DNA from: a virus
Lineage: Duplodnaviria > Caudoviricetes
Virus record (IMG/VR): IMGVR_UViG_3300047283_000054
Reading direction: 5' to 3' (one strand)
Length of the DNA stretch: 64,000 bases
Shown: positions 1 to 10,500 of the stretch, piece after piece
Numbering within the stretch: the stretch's first letter is position 1
How the letters are laid out: the number at the start of each line of letters is the position of its first letter
Program-made: the position numbers and the translations under genes
The notes under the pieces: model-generated
Databases searched by the model: none
The model's input: only the letters and a program-made list of their open reading frames with translations
What the model was told of the DNA's origin: nothing

Positions 1-393
1 GTTATAAATATCAGGAAGATTGTTGTCATCAATGAATTTTCGATATACTCTTACATTAGAAATTTCACCTTTATAATTACGAATATTCGTACATAATGTC
101 ACATCGTTGATTGACATTATATCAAACCAATGGTCAATGCTTCGTGGTAAAAATATATCAGCTTCTAACTTGATTGTTTCGTCATACGGACTTGCTTCAT
201 ACACTTGCCAATCATTAATGAGCTTCCAATCACTATCAGGTGCTTGATCGCCGTGTGGTAACATATCAGTTGTGATAATAGTTACATTAGCATCAGGCAT
301 TACTCGTTTGATACTTAGTTCTAATATTTCAGCACACTTAACATAGTCGGTTTTTTCTGTGTTTTGTGCCATGATTACAAAACCTCTTGTCAT
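1..393 (-). CDS. glycosyltransferase-like protein (GT-A/DxD type), 3' end runs off the window
   Basis: Not in the ORF track. ATG at 393-391 overlaps the stop of the upstream gene (ATGA). Reads MTRGFVIMAQNTEKTDYVKCAE...WQVYEASPYDETIKLEADIF; paralogous to 390..1193 (YELSPYDETLLLDTD). Confidence 0.7.
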   Translation of the reverse strand, partial: MTRGFVIMAQNTEKTDYVKCAEILELSIKRVMPDANVTIITTDMLPHGDQAPDSDWKLINDWQVYEASPYDETIKLEADIFLPRSIDHWFDIMSINDVTLCTNIRNYKGEISNVRVYRKFIDDNNLPDIYN

Positions 394-1193
394 TCTATTA
401 ATTCCATAAAGTTAAGTTTGTTCATTACATGGAAATCCATATCTTTGATTGTGGTATATTCTTTTTTAAGTTTACTGCGTTGCCAATTGTCATGTATTAT
501 AGTATATTCTGTGTTAAATTCATCATCATTGTTTTTATAGATATGAACATTCTTTTGGCCCAAATGAACTAAGTTCCACGGGATAAAATCTTGTTTAACA
601 GATGTGTGCCCGTTCGCTATTCTAAGTGCAAGTGTTAGTGCGTAATCGTTTCTAAATGTCCCGGCAACAAACCCATGCAAGTTGCTATAATGTTCAAAGT
701 TTTTCTGGACCATTTCCAAACACTCAAATATTTGTTTAGCACGATTAGATTTTTTAAATGCAACTACTGTAGCCCATAATGTTTCAAAACTATATACACT
801 AAGAACTTCTTGTACCAATCCAGGCTGCATTAGATAACTTGTTTTGTTATGACAACAAAAGTCATCATAGTAATTGAATACATCTAATATCTTATTTGAG
901 TTGACCATATAGTCAGTATCAAGCAATAGTGTTTCATCATACGGACTAAGTTCATATGCTTGATATCGACCTTTGTTGATCCACATTCCCCAATCTCGGT
1001 TATTGCTTTTATCAGGCTCGACTAATATAGTGTTGTCAAATTTATAAAGGTCATTAGATAATGAGGATTCATCTGTCACAACTGTGACAGGCATGTCCAA
1101 AAAGTGATTGATTCGTTTTGCAGTAGCAACTGCCATTTTGTAGTAATCAAACTTTGGCGAATTGAATGCAAATAATATTGCTCCTCTGCTCAT
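390..1193 (-). CDS. nucleotide-diphospho-sugar transferase-like (glycosyltransferase) protein
   Basis: MSRGAILFAF N-terminal strand, SPYDETLLLDTD DxD motif and FRND motif, typical of GT-A fold phage glycosyltransferases. Confidence 0.7.
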   Translation of the reverse strand: MSRGAILFAFNSPKFDYYKMAVATAKRINHFLDMPVTVVTDESSLSNDLYKFDNTILVEPDKSNNRDWGMWINKGRYQAYELSPYDETLLLDTDYMVNSNKILDVFNYYDDFCCHNKTSYLMQPGLVQEVLSVYSFETLWATVVAFKKSNRAKQIFECLEMVQKNFEHYSNLHGFVAGTFRNDYALTLALRIANGHTSVKQDFIPWNLVHLGQKNVHIYKNNDDEFNTEYTIIHDNWQRSKLKKEYTTIKDMDFHVMNKLNFMELIE

Positions 1194-1498
1194 CGCTTAG
1201 ACTCTAACTCTTTCCATTCTTTGTGCCAATCAAGCATAACTTTTTGATAAGTAGACTTTAATACTTCTAATAGTTGTTCACGTTTAACTTCTACTGGATT
1301 ATCAAATGTATCAATTAATATGACAAAGTTATCATCACTTAATGCACTTAAGAATCCGATAAATTCAGGAGTTGCTTTCCAAAGTCCCCCTTGTTCGGCA
1401 ACAATAAACTTGCCGTCATACTTATCTTTTAATTGTGCTTTGGCACTGTTGTGATTAAATCTGGCTTTCGCCTCGCTGATTAAGGTTTTGGTATCCAT
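1190..1498 (-). CDS. hypothetical protein (102 aa)
   Basis: GGAG RBS and CTAAATA late promoter upstream; 4-nt overlap with the next gene. Confidence 0.8.
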   Translation of the reverse strand: MDTKTLISEAKARFNHNSAKAQLKDKYDGKFIVAEQGGLWKATPEFIGFLSALSDDNFVILIDTFDNPVEVKREQLLEVLKSTYQKVMLDWHKEWKELESKR

Positions 1499-1549
1499 CT
1501 ATAACTCCTGACTTAAGAGTATTTAGATAGATACCAATCTATTGAAAAA

Positions 1550-2503
1550 TTAAGATACTGAAACTGAACCAGCCAATGAGATTGTACCCCATGTATTGGC
1601 AATATTAGTAACTTCAGGTGGACGAACTGTCAATACTGTTGTTGAACCTGTGCCAACTGTTAAGCCGTTTGGAATTTCATCCCAAACTGTAGTGATTGTA
1701 ATAACATTACCACGGTCACCGTTTGAACCAACTGTACCATTTGTTTTAGCAAAGATATTGATGTTAGTTGATAGATATCCTGATGGACCAGTTGATGCTG
1801 TTTGATAATAAATATTTGCATTACTTGTTGTTAGTGCGTAATATCCACTGTTTGTTGAAACAGTTGGGGCATTACCTCCACCACCTACACGTGTAACACC
1901 GCTATACGATGTTCCAGCAATAGTTACTGTTCCTGATGTAGGTGCAGATAAAACTACAGTACCAACATTAGAACATAAATTATTTAATAATAAATTAATA
2001 CCAGCGGTAGTATTAGCATGTGATACAGTAACAGCTAATTGACCACCTGAATTGAAAAAGTAACGTGCCGCATCACCATTAGCAAACGTAGCTGTTTGTG
2101 TGAATGTTGCAATACTTGTCCAAGTAGCACCTGATACTACAGTATTTGATGTTGTAGAACTTTGTGTTGCCGCATTCAATCTACTTGTATAAATGGTTGT
2201 CAAGTTAGTAGGAATAGCAGATAGATATGTAATTGTTCCACCTGTTGCCGGGGCAGTTACACTGGTGATAGAAGTACCCTGATGGGTGGCCGCACTTGCA
2301 GTTCTATTTACCAAATTAGCCCAACTTGATGCTAAAATAGTATCACCGGTTGCAACGTTTGCTAATGCGGGTTGACCATAACCAGCTGTGGTACCACCTG
2401 TAGCCCAAACAGTATTCAATGTTCCTGAGGCTGTAGCCGGGTTTCCTCCAACTAATCCATTATAATCTGCGGCTGCAATTGTCTGATATTGTGCGTAACT
2501 CAT
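1550..2503 (-). CDS. virion structural / tail fibre-associated protein
   Basis: Thr/Ser/Gly-rich, with an FANGDAARYFFNSGG motif recurrent in large-myophage tail proteins; lies in the tail cluster. Confidence 0.6.
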   Translation of the reverse strand: MSYAQYQTIAAADYNGLVGGNPATASGTLNTVWATGGTTAGYGQPALANVATGDTILASSWANLVNRTASAATHQGTSITSVTAPATGGTITYLSAIPTNLTTIYTSRLNAATQSSTTSNTVVSGATWTSIATFTQTATFANGDAARYFFNSGGQLAVTVSHANTTAGINLLLNNLCSNVGTVVLSAPTSGTVTIAGTSYSGVTRVGGGGNAPTVSTNSGYYALTTSNANIYYQTASTGPSGYLSTNINIFAKTNGTVGSNGDRGNVITITTVWDEIPNGLTVGTGSTTVLTVRPPEVTNIANTWGTISLAGSVSVS

Positions 2504-2512
2504 TGTTTATCC

Positions 2513-3745
2513 TTAATTTATTTTAACGAAGGCTTCTACGGCCCCTATTTCGTCAGTCAGTTTATCTTCCAATGAACGACCAATTATATTGAATGCAGTA
2601 GCCTCACCTTTTTGTGCGGCACGTGCCATACCATTACCGGCGCTTACTAAACGCTGGCCTTTTTTAACTTTACCTGTTACTTTAACTTGAACTCGTCCAC
2701 CAACTGCGATTGCGGGGTGAGTGTCATCTGAACCTGCCATAGCGTTCATTAAGTAGCCCGCAGTTGACGATACAACACCAAATACATCTTCTGATAATTC
2801 GTATTGCACCGCAGTAATTTCTTTGTCTCCGCCCATCTCAACAACAGTACCTGCATCATAGAAAGCATCAGCTTCAAAGCGTTCTGCCAAGTCAGCATAT
2901 GTTGACTGTAAACGTGATCCTGCACTTAGTGTGAAATTACCTGTTATAGTACCGGCTGTTGTGTTTGCACCGGTTGTTAATGTTGTTGCTGTTACTGTTG
3001 TTGCAAGAATAGCACCGTTGTATACCGGTAGATATGAAGCTACGTTAGCATTAGAATACGAACCGGCAAAGCTAATTGCCGCGCCGTTAGCATAATAATA
3101 ACCATCTGTTCTAATACCTAGTGGGCTTCCTGTACCACCTACTACCAGATTACCACCTGTGACCCACATACTTGTACCAGCAATACTATTAGCAGTACCT
3201 GCACCGTTCTGAGTTAATACCCCGGTTAGTGTTACTGCGGTTGACTGTGATCCTGCATTGATAGATTGAGTAAACAATGAACCAATGTTACCAGTACCAA
3301 TATTTGCTGTACCTGAGCTAATATTTGCTGTAGAACTTACAGAAATATTTGTGAAAATTCCATTTGCACCAGAAACATTATTAACAGCAGTAACGTTGTT
3401 TGCCGATAAGTTACCGGTAACTTGCACTGAACCAAAAGTAGTTGTAGAGTTTGCTGAACTTACAGCTAATGAAACCCAAGCATTTGCGTTTGACAATCCG
3501 TCTGTTGGACAAACATACAATGTGTTTGCATTAGTGTTATACCATAATTGACCAGTTAACGGATTAGCCGGTGGTGTTGTGTCTGCAAAATTTTCCAGTT
3601 GGTGAACAAAGTTTGTGTCTAGTGTTTGACCATAACCAGCATAGTTTCTTCCGGGAAGTCCTACGGAAGTGCTAGTGGTATTTATAGTACCGTCAGCGAT
3701 GGTTGTTAGAACCGTTCCATCACTTTTTACAATTGTATATGCCAT
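2513..3745 (-). CDS. tail fibre/baseplate protein with C-terminal YADLAE (peptidase G2 / intramolecular chaperone-like) domain
   Basis: N-terminal 'L.GRNYAGYGQ...NFVHQLENFA...P.NPL.GQLWY' anchor; C-terminal STYADLAERF...GVVS...YLMN...AVGGRVQVKV. Confidence 0.7.
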   Translation of the reverse strand: MAYTIVKSDGTVLTTIADGTINTTSTSVGLPGRNYAGYGQTLDTNFVHQLENFADTTPPANPLTGQLWYNTNANTLYVCPTDGLSNANAWVSLAVSSANSTTTFGSVQVTGNLSANNVTAVNNVSGANGIFTNISVSSTANISSGTANIGTGNIGSLFTQSINAGSQSTAVTLTGVLTQNGAGTANSIAGTSMWVTGGNLVVGGTGSPLGIRTDGYYYANGAAISFAGSYSNANVASYLPVYNGAILATTVTATTLTTGANTTAGTITGNFTLSAGSRLQSTYADLAERFEADAFYDAGTVVEMGGDKEITAVQYELSEDVFGVVSSTAGYLMNAMAGSDDTHPAIAVGGRVQVKVTGKVKKGQRLVSAGNGMARAAQKGEATAFNIIGRSLEDKLTDEIGAVEAFVKIN

Positions 3746-3777
3746 TAATATTACTCCGGTGTTCTCTTTTATTTATC

Positions 3778-4398
3778 TTATATCGTCACTAAGTTCGTTA
3801 GTGCTTGGATTCTGACAGTATAATCTATCTGAATTTGTCTATTTAAACTCTTTTGGACTGGGTGAAAAATAACGTGCGTCAATAATCGTGTAATGACGTT
3901 TCCGTTACTATCAGTTCCATAGTTTGCTAATAAACCTAATTCGTCAAAAATATAGCTTGAATCAGTTTGTGTGCTGTTATCAAATGCTGCCTGTCCTGAC
4001 GGCTCGCCGTAGTCAAGTAAACATTGTACCAAAATGTCTGTATATACACGGCCTGTTGTGTGAGATACAGTCATTTTATTTCGTGTAGGGTCAAGATTGA
4101 AAACACTGGTATCATCTACGATTTTAGCGTAGGTTTGATTGTATAGTGCCGCATTCTGACCTGTTGTATTTGGGGGCAAATAAGTGATAACTCCGGTTTC
4201 GTCAACTGACGCACCACCATTACCAAATGCCATTTGATAGATTTCTCCGTAGCCACGACTACTTAGTGTGTCAGCAATTGCTTCTGACATATTTTCATAA
4301 TTAATGGCATTGTGTTTATCCACGAACACTTCCCCGTTATTGGGATCGTAGACTTTCAAAAAGCCTTCAATTTTATATGTTAATTGTATTCCTGACAT
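3778..4398 (-). CDS. baseplate/tail structural protein
   Basis: MAFGNGG, FDELGL and LLTHVIFHPVQKSLNR motifs, resembling tail-collar/DUF3751-like proteins; in the baseplate cluster. Confidence 0.6.
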   Translation of the reverse strand: MSGIQLTYKIEGFLKVYDPNNGEVFVDKHNAINYENMSEAIADTLSSRGYGEIYQMAFGNGGASVDETGVITYLPPNTTGQNAALYNQTYAKIVDDTSVFNLDPTRNKMTVSHTTGRVYTDILVQCLLDYGEPSGQAAFDNSTQTDSSYIFDELGLLANYGTDSNGNVITRLLTHVIFHPVQKSLNRQIQIDYTVRIQALTNLVTI

Positions 4399-4547
4399 TA
4401 GTTATCGCCCCGTGTTTGAACCAAAACTTCTTTAGTATTTGGATCTGTTATTTTTAGAAATGATGAAAAATAGAAGCCTCCGGACTCATCGGGTTTTGGT
4501 CCAACTTCCGGTTTATCTTCTATTTTATTTTCTTGATTATTATTCAT
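4398..4547 (-). CDS. small hypothetical protein (49 aa) MNNNQENKIEDKPEVGPKPDESGGFYFSSFLKITDPNTKEVLVQTRGDN
   Basis: Below the ORF-track cutoff. Fills the gap exactly, its TAA overlaps the ATG of 3778..4398, and GATAAATA lies 5 nt upstream of the ATG. Confidence 0.75.
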   Translation of the reverse strand: MNNNQENKIEDKPEVGPKPDESGGFYFSSFLKITDPNTKEVLVQTRGDN

Positions 4548-4562
4548 TTACTTATTTATCTC

Positions 4563-7500
4563 TTATGGAACATCAGCATTTAAGAAATTAGCACTAAATG
4601 TTGTACTAATTTGTAATGGATCACCGTCTACTAGATTATAGTTGTACGAATTCCAAGTAAGTACATTATAAACAGTAGGTAGTTTATTAGATGACAATAT
4701 ACCATAAACTTCAGAATATTTAGGAATAATTGTCTGTTCTCCGGTTCCGTTAGCACCACGTTGCAATCCTGTCACTGTGTTTGTGTCAAAGTTTACTGTG
4801 GTAAATCCAATCTGCTCACCGTTAACATATATCAAATTACCCAATATGACTGTAATTGTCAATGAGTTTGTTGCAGTAACACCACCAGTTATTTTAAGTA
4901 TCGGGGCTGTTGCTTCAATAGCAATATAATAATTTGCAGGGTCAACAGTCTGAGTAGTGTCATTGTTGTATACAATTACCTGACAAATTGCCTGTTTATC
5001 ACCCTCAAGACCAATACTTATAATTCCGTCAATGTCAGCAGGAGCTACTTCATTTTGAATGATAGTTTCTGTAATCTTAGTCACATCTTCTACGTAAATA
5101 GTATCGTCAGTATCTTGTAGGATTTCAGTCAACCAAGTTCTGGTTAATGTGTTTGCTCTATATACAGACTGTATTCCAGTCTTGTTGACATTTTGTAGAT
5201 ATACTGCTTCATTAGGTGTTGATGTTGGTATCATACTTGTGATAATTACAACATCACCCGGCTCAACTGTTGATAATATACTTAAATTATTATCAGGATT
5301 TAATCTCAATGCACTTGATGGAATACGATAACCATTAACAGTTACCCATAGTCTATCAACATTGCCTTGTTCCCACTGTGATACGTTCATTGAACCAGTG
5401 TCATTAGTCAATGCAAATACATCACCATCACGAACAGCAGTAACTCTGAATGTTGTTGCAGAAGGTTTATCATATACATAATAAATTGCAGTTGCAATTC
5501 CAGTACCTGTACCAACTCCTGTTGCAACAAAGTTAGTCCCTACATTATTATTCAATGCACCTATTAATGTGAAGTCGGTAGTACCTTGACTATTGATTTG
5601 ATATGTGTTGCCTTCTGTGAAACTGCCAGCAGTAACTTCAGATTCTAATCCTCCCAATAAATCAGAACCAGTAAAGATAATTGGTGTTCCTAATATTAGT
5701 TCGGCTGAACTGTCTACTGTTATATTGTTAGTAGATGTAGTTGTGGCAGTAGCAATGGTAGTTGTAATTGTGAATGTTTTATCTAACCAAACATATCCGC
5801 CACCGGTCCAAGTTGATACTACTGTTACTGGATCGTTAATTGCATTTGCTGTAGGATCATATGGGCTATTATATAATGCAAGTTGTGTTGCACTTATGAT
5901 TTTAGCATAGTATGTATTATTGTTTAGTTGAATAGAACCTGTTGTTCCGTCAATTCTAACAATATCGTTTTCTGCTAAGTTATGCGGTACACCAGTTGTA
6001 ATACTTACTGCTGGGTTTCCACCAACTTCAGCTAAAATTGCGCCTGAGTCGTTACCCGGTTCAAATTCACTACCACCGGGTGTTTCTGAGATAATAAAAT
6101 CAAAACTATTAACTACTGATGAGACAAAATATACTGTTCCGTCACATAATACATTGCCATACGGCGTAGATGGTGATGAACTCTTAAATTGAATTGGTTG
6201 ATTAGTAGAGAAACCTGTAGTAGATGAACAGGTAACTATATTTCCAGTGTCGGATACACTTGTAATACCAACTGTAATTGGAGCGGTAATAAGATTGTCT
6301 ACTCCTGATATTGGCGCTACTGTTGGTGGATTAGTGATGCCAATCATTGAACCAAAATCAGTAGTCAATTGTATCGCCGGGCCGCCCGGTGTTTCTGATA
6401 CTGCAAATTCAGTTGAGCTAATAATATTTACTACATAATAAGTTTGGTTAGCAACGATGCCACCAAATACTGTTCCAGTAAATGTGATGGCGTCATTAAT
6501 ATTTAATGAGTTTGTATCACCTGAACTTAGTGTTAAGTAGTCAGGTCCAGGTGACCAAGTTTCGCCCCAACCTATAGCAACTACCCCGTCACCCATACCT
6601 ACACCTGCATCTGCACAAGTAATTACATCACCTACAACGTATACAATCGCACTTGTTCCTGCAATCGTATTCCAGTCAGTTTGTGTAGTAGTGCCTAAAT
6701 CAGTAATAACATATTCAGTTCCTACAATCAATTCTCCTACTATTAACTCTGCATCATAACCCGGTGTATGAGTCGTACTACCTATGTAGAATGAATTAGT
6801 AGTTGATCCAGAGAAAGTTCCACCATACGTAGTATGTAGGTATTGTCTATCAGTTAAGTTATAGCTTGTAACTGCAACAGTATCGCCTGCACTTGTTCCA
6901 AAGTTTAAACTTAGTATTTCTGTATTAAAGTCAATAGTATAATCAGATGTTTCTACTAAGCGTAATCCATTGTATTCAACAATAGCATTTTTAGCATTAT
7001 CGCCACCTACGTAATTAGACAAAGTGAATTCCGTAACAGCAGTATTAAGGTTGAATAACTCTACTTCTGGTAGACTGTAGCCGTATTGAATTGGTGCAGT
7101 CTCTCCAAATACAGACAATACTACAAAATCGTTAGTCTGGTCATATTGATTAGCAAATACCATTTTAGCTGATGTACCTACGTCAGCAATAGTAATAGCA
7201 TAATCATTTGTAATACATAATGCTATACCGGTCGCATCGGCCAATATTACACTAGGTCCACCTAAAGTCAATGATACTGTAAATTCAAATCCAGTAATCG
7301 AAGTAATATAGTACTGTTGATGTGCAGTTAAACCACAAGATACAAATGAACCGGTCTCAATAGCATCACTGAATATAACAGTGTCACCTACATCATAGTG
7401 GTCAGTACTGTTGACTACTACCTTGTTTGTTCCGCTCTTTGTTTCAGAAACAATACCTTGTTCACCTAATACAAGTTCAGTACCATTATGAACTACCACA

Positions 7501-10500
7501 GGATCTGTCCAAACTAAACCATTAGTTGATTGAATATTAACTAACATTGTCCCAGTAGCGGATGTAACATCAAATGTAGGGCCTGCTATACCACTTGACA
7601 CTGATGCCGATACGGTTATCTTGTTAGTTATATAACTTATTGTCTTTATCCAATATGTAGTATCGGATACTATTCCACCAAACACTGCACCTTGGAATGT
7701 TATAGGTGCATTTACTGCAAAATAATCCACTGACTCACATACGATGCCATTATCAAGCGCATCCGTTTCAATTGCGTTAACTGATTTTGGATCAGTATTT
7801 GGTCTTATTATACCAGAACCATTAAATCTATTAGCAGAATAATTACAGTTCAATGGCATCTCAACAAAGCCAGTTGATTCATTATCAACAAACGGTATAG
7901 TCTGTGAATTAGCTTTAACTAATTGATTACCATTACCTACTTCATATAAATCTAGTCTTAGTGTATGGTCTACTGATAAAGCTGTACCAATTGTAACTAC
8001 TTTGTTAACCCAATCAACAGTAAAATCATAAATTCTTATACTAGTATTTGTTGCAGTTGTAATATCAAACAATGACATATTTGCAGGATTCTCCACAACA
8101 CCTTCAAATGAGAATTCTGTTTGACCAGAGTCTGGAACTATCTCAGTAGAAACAACATTATAACCAACGTGTCCGTATATTGCCGCATCCCAGTCAGTTC
8201 CGGGTCTTGTTGTAACAACCATTGTTAAGTTATCAGTTACTACGCCAGGAACTAATTCTTCTGGACCGTAACCTGCAGTAAATGCGTCACCCTGTACATC
8301 ATATACAGTAGGATTAGTTGAGAATACTGATGAACTAGTCCAATCGCTACCATTACTGCTTGTAATGATAACATTGTCTTCTCCTGTCACTACCCATTCT
8401 CCATCATCGCTGTTATATGTTATACCATTTAAATCTTTTGTTGTACCTGACGTTTCAGGTGTCCAAGTATAACCATCGCTTGATGTTTTAATAACACCAT
8501 TGTTACCGACAGCCATAAACAATGAGTTAGCATACAACACATCGTTTAATGTAGCACCTGTTGGGTAGATATACATAAATGTCGTAGATGTTGGGCTTAC
8601 TCCTGACAATGTGATCGGTGATCCACCTTCTGTTGTGCTTACTTGTATTTGAGTAGCAGATACTATATCAACTATATAATAACTTGTAGAAGATGATATC
8701 ACATCAAATGATGTGGTAAATCTAACTTCATCATCAATTGCGAATCCTGTAGTGCTACCAACGTTAATAACGTTAGTACTTGAGTTTACACTGATAACAT
8801 TAGATTCATTTACGCCTGCCCAATTTGCGCCATTCAATGATGTATATATTACTCCATCATCACCTACAGCAACAATCGTTGAACTGCTTGATGTGACACC
8901 GTTAAAGCCCTTATATGATACGACAGGAAGTGTAGTCCAAACGTATCCATCTGAACTGATTTTAATAACATTTGTTCCTTGCGTAGATCCGGATATTATC
9001 TCTTGACCATTACCCACAGATATAAAACCTACATAGCTAGGTATGTTTACATACGCTACACTGTTTAAATTATTTACTAATCCATTAGTAAACGTATCTA
9101 CTTGCGCCCAAGAGAACGTATCAGTTGATAATACAATGTTTTCTCCTACTGCAATCCAAATAGCATTTCCATAAGCAACACTTGATAGTGAAGTGCTATC
9201 TACTGTTAGTGATCCTGTACCACCAGCAGATGTTGTGAATACGATACCATCAGTACTTGTGTAAATTGGCGTTGTTGGATTATTACAAGTAACAACAAAC
9301 ATACTATCAGCATAAACAATATCAGTTGCATTTATCGGAGTGTTAACTATTTTGTTAACTGTCCAGGATGTTGCGTCAGAACTTAATATAGATGCTGTAT
9401 AGTCAGGAGTGTTTATCACTCCAACATATCTTGTACCATTCCAAGAAATAGCAACAGTATCTACACTTGTTGGGTAGAATGGTTGGTCTTGTAATATAGT
9501 ATCTAATGTATATTGATCTTCTGGAGCAAATGCATTATCTAAATATGTGCTATTTGGATAAGTAATGCCTTCAATCAATTGTGTTAAATCTACACCAGGC
9601 ATATTAACTGTAGGGTCATAGTAACCAATGATACGATCCAACTCATTGAGTTTTCTACTACCACTATTTAATAATTCCCATTTACCTATAATGAATTCAT
9701 TATCATTGTTACTGATAATACATTGCCATACTTGATTGTTATACTTAACGATACTTTGATTGAAGTAGAATGGCTCTGGTAAGAATACATAATCACCCAA
9801 TGTGTATTCTGTTTCTAATACTAGACCATCCACTGGTACAGTCAATAAAGGATTAGCGTATACTTCACATTCAGTTGCAGAAATTACTTTTAAGTAATAT
9901 TGACGTACTATACCTGCAGGAGTACCAGAACCAATCACACTTGTAACATTTCCGTCTGATTCTATTGGCAATAAGAAATCATAATTTGGATTAGCGTTAG
10001 CAACTATTACGTCAATCCCGTTAACAGTTAATACTAAGTCATTTAATGGGCTTGTTCCACCTAAAAGAGCTCCGGAGATAGTGATAGTGTTATCAAACGT
10101 ATATCCTGAACCTTGATTTACTACATCGATAGTATAGCCTCCCAGTTTCTTACCAACATTGAATGTTGGTGGTGAACTTGTATCAGGATCTTGAGTAAAG
10201 ACTGTTTCCAATATTTCATCGGTTAATCCGATTGCAGGATCACCTAACGTGTCTGTCAATGTTATGTAAGGATTATCTGCGGTTAGTGTCATTTGACCAT
10301 TGTCAGTAGTTAATACAAGGTCACTACCTCCTATTGTGTCAGTAATAGTAAATGTGTCTCCACCTAAATCATAACTATTAATAAAATATGTTACCAATGC
10401 AACTACATTACCAAACACTGCACCAGAGAATGATATTGGCATACCAATATAGAATCCGGTCGTTAGTGTACCTGAGGCTAATGTGTATTCATTAGTAGAA

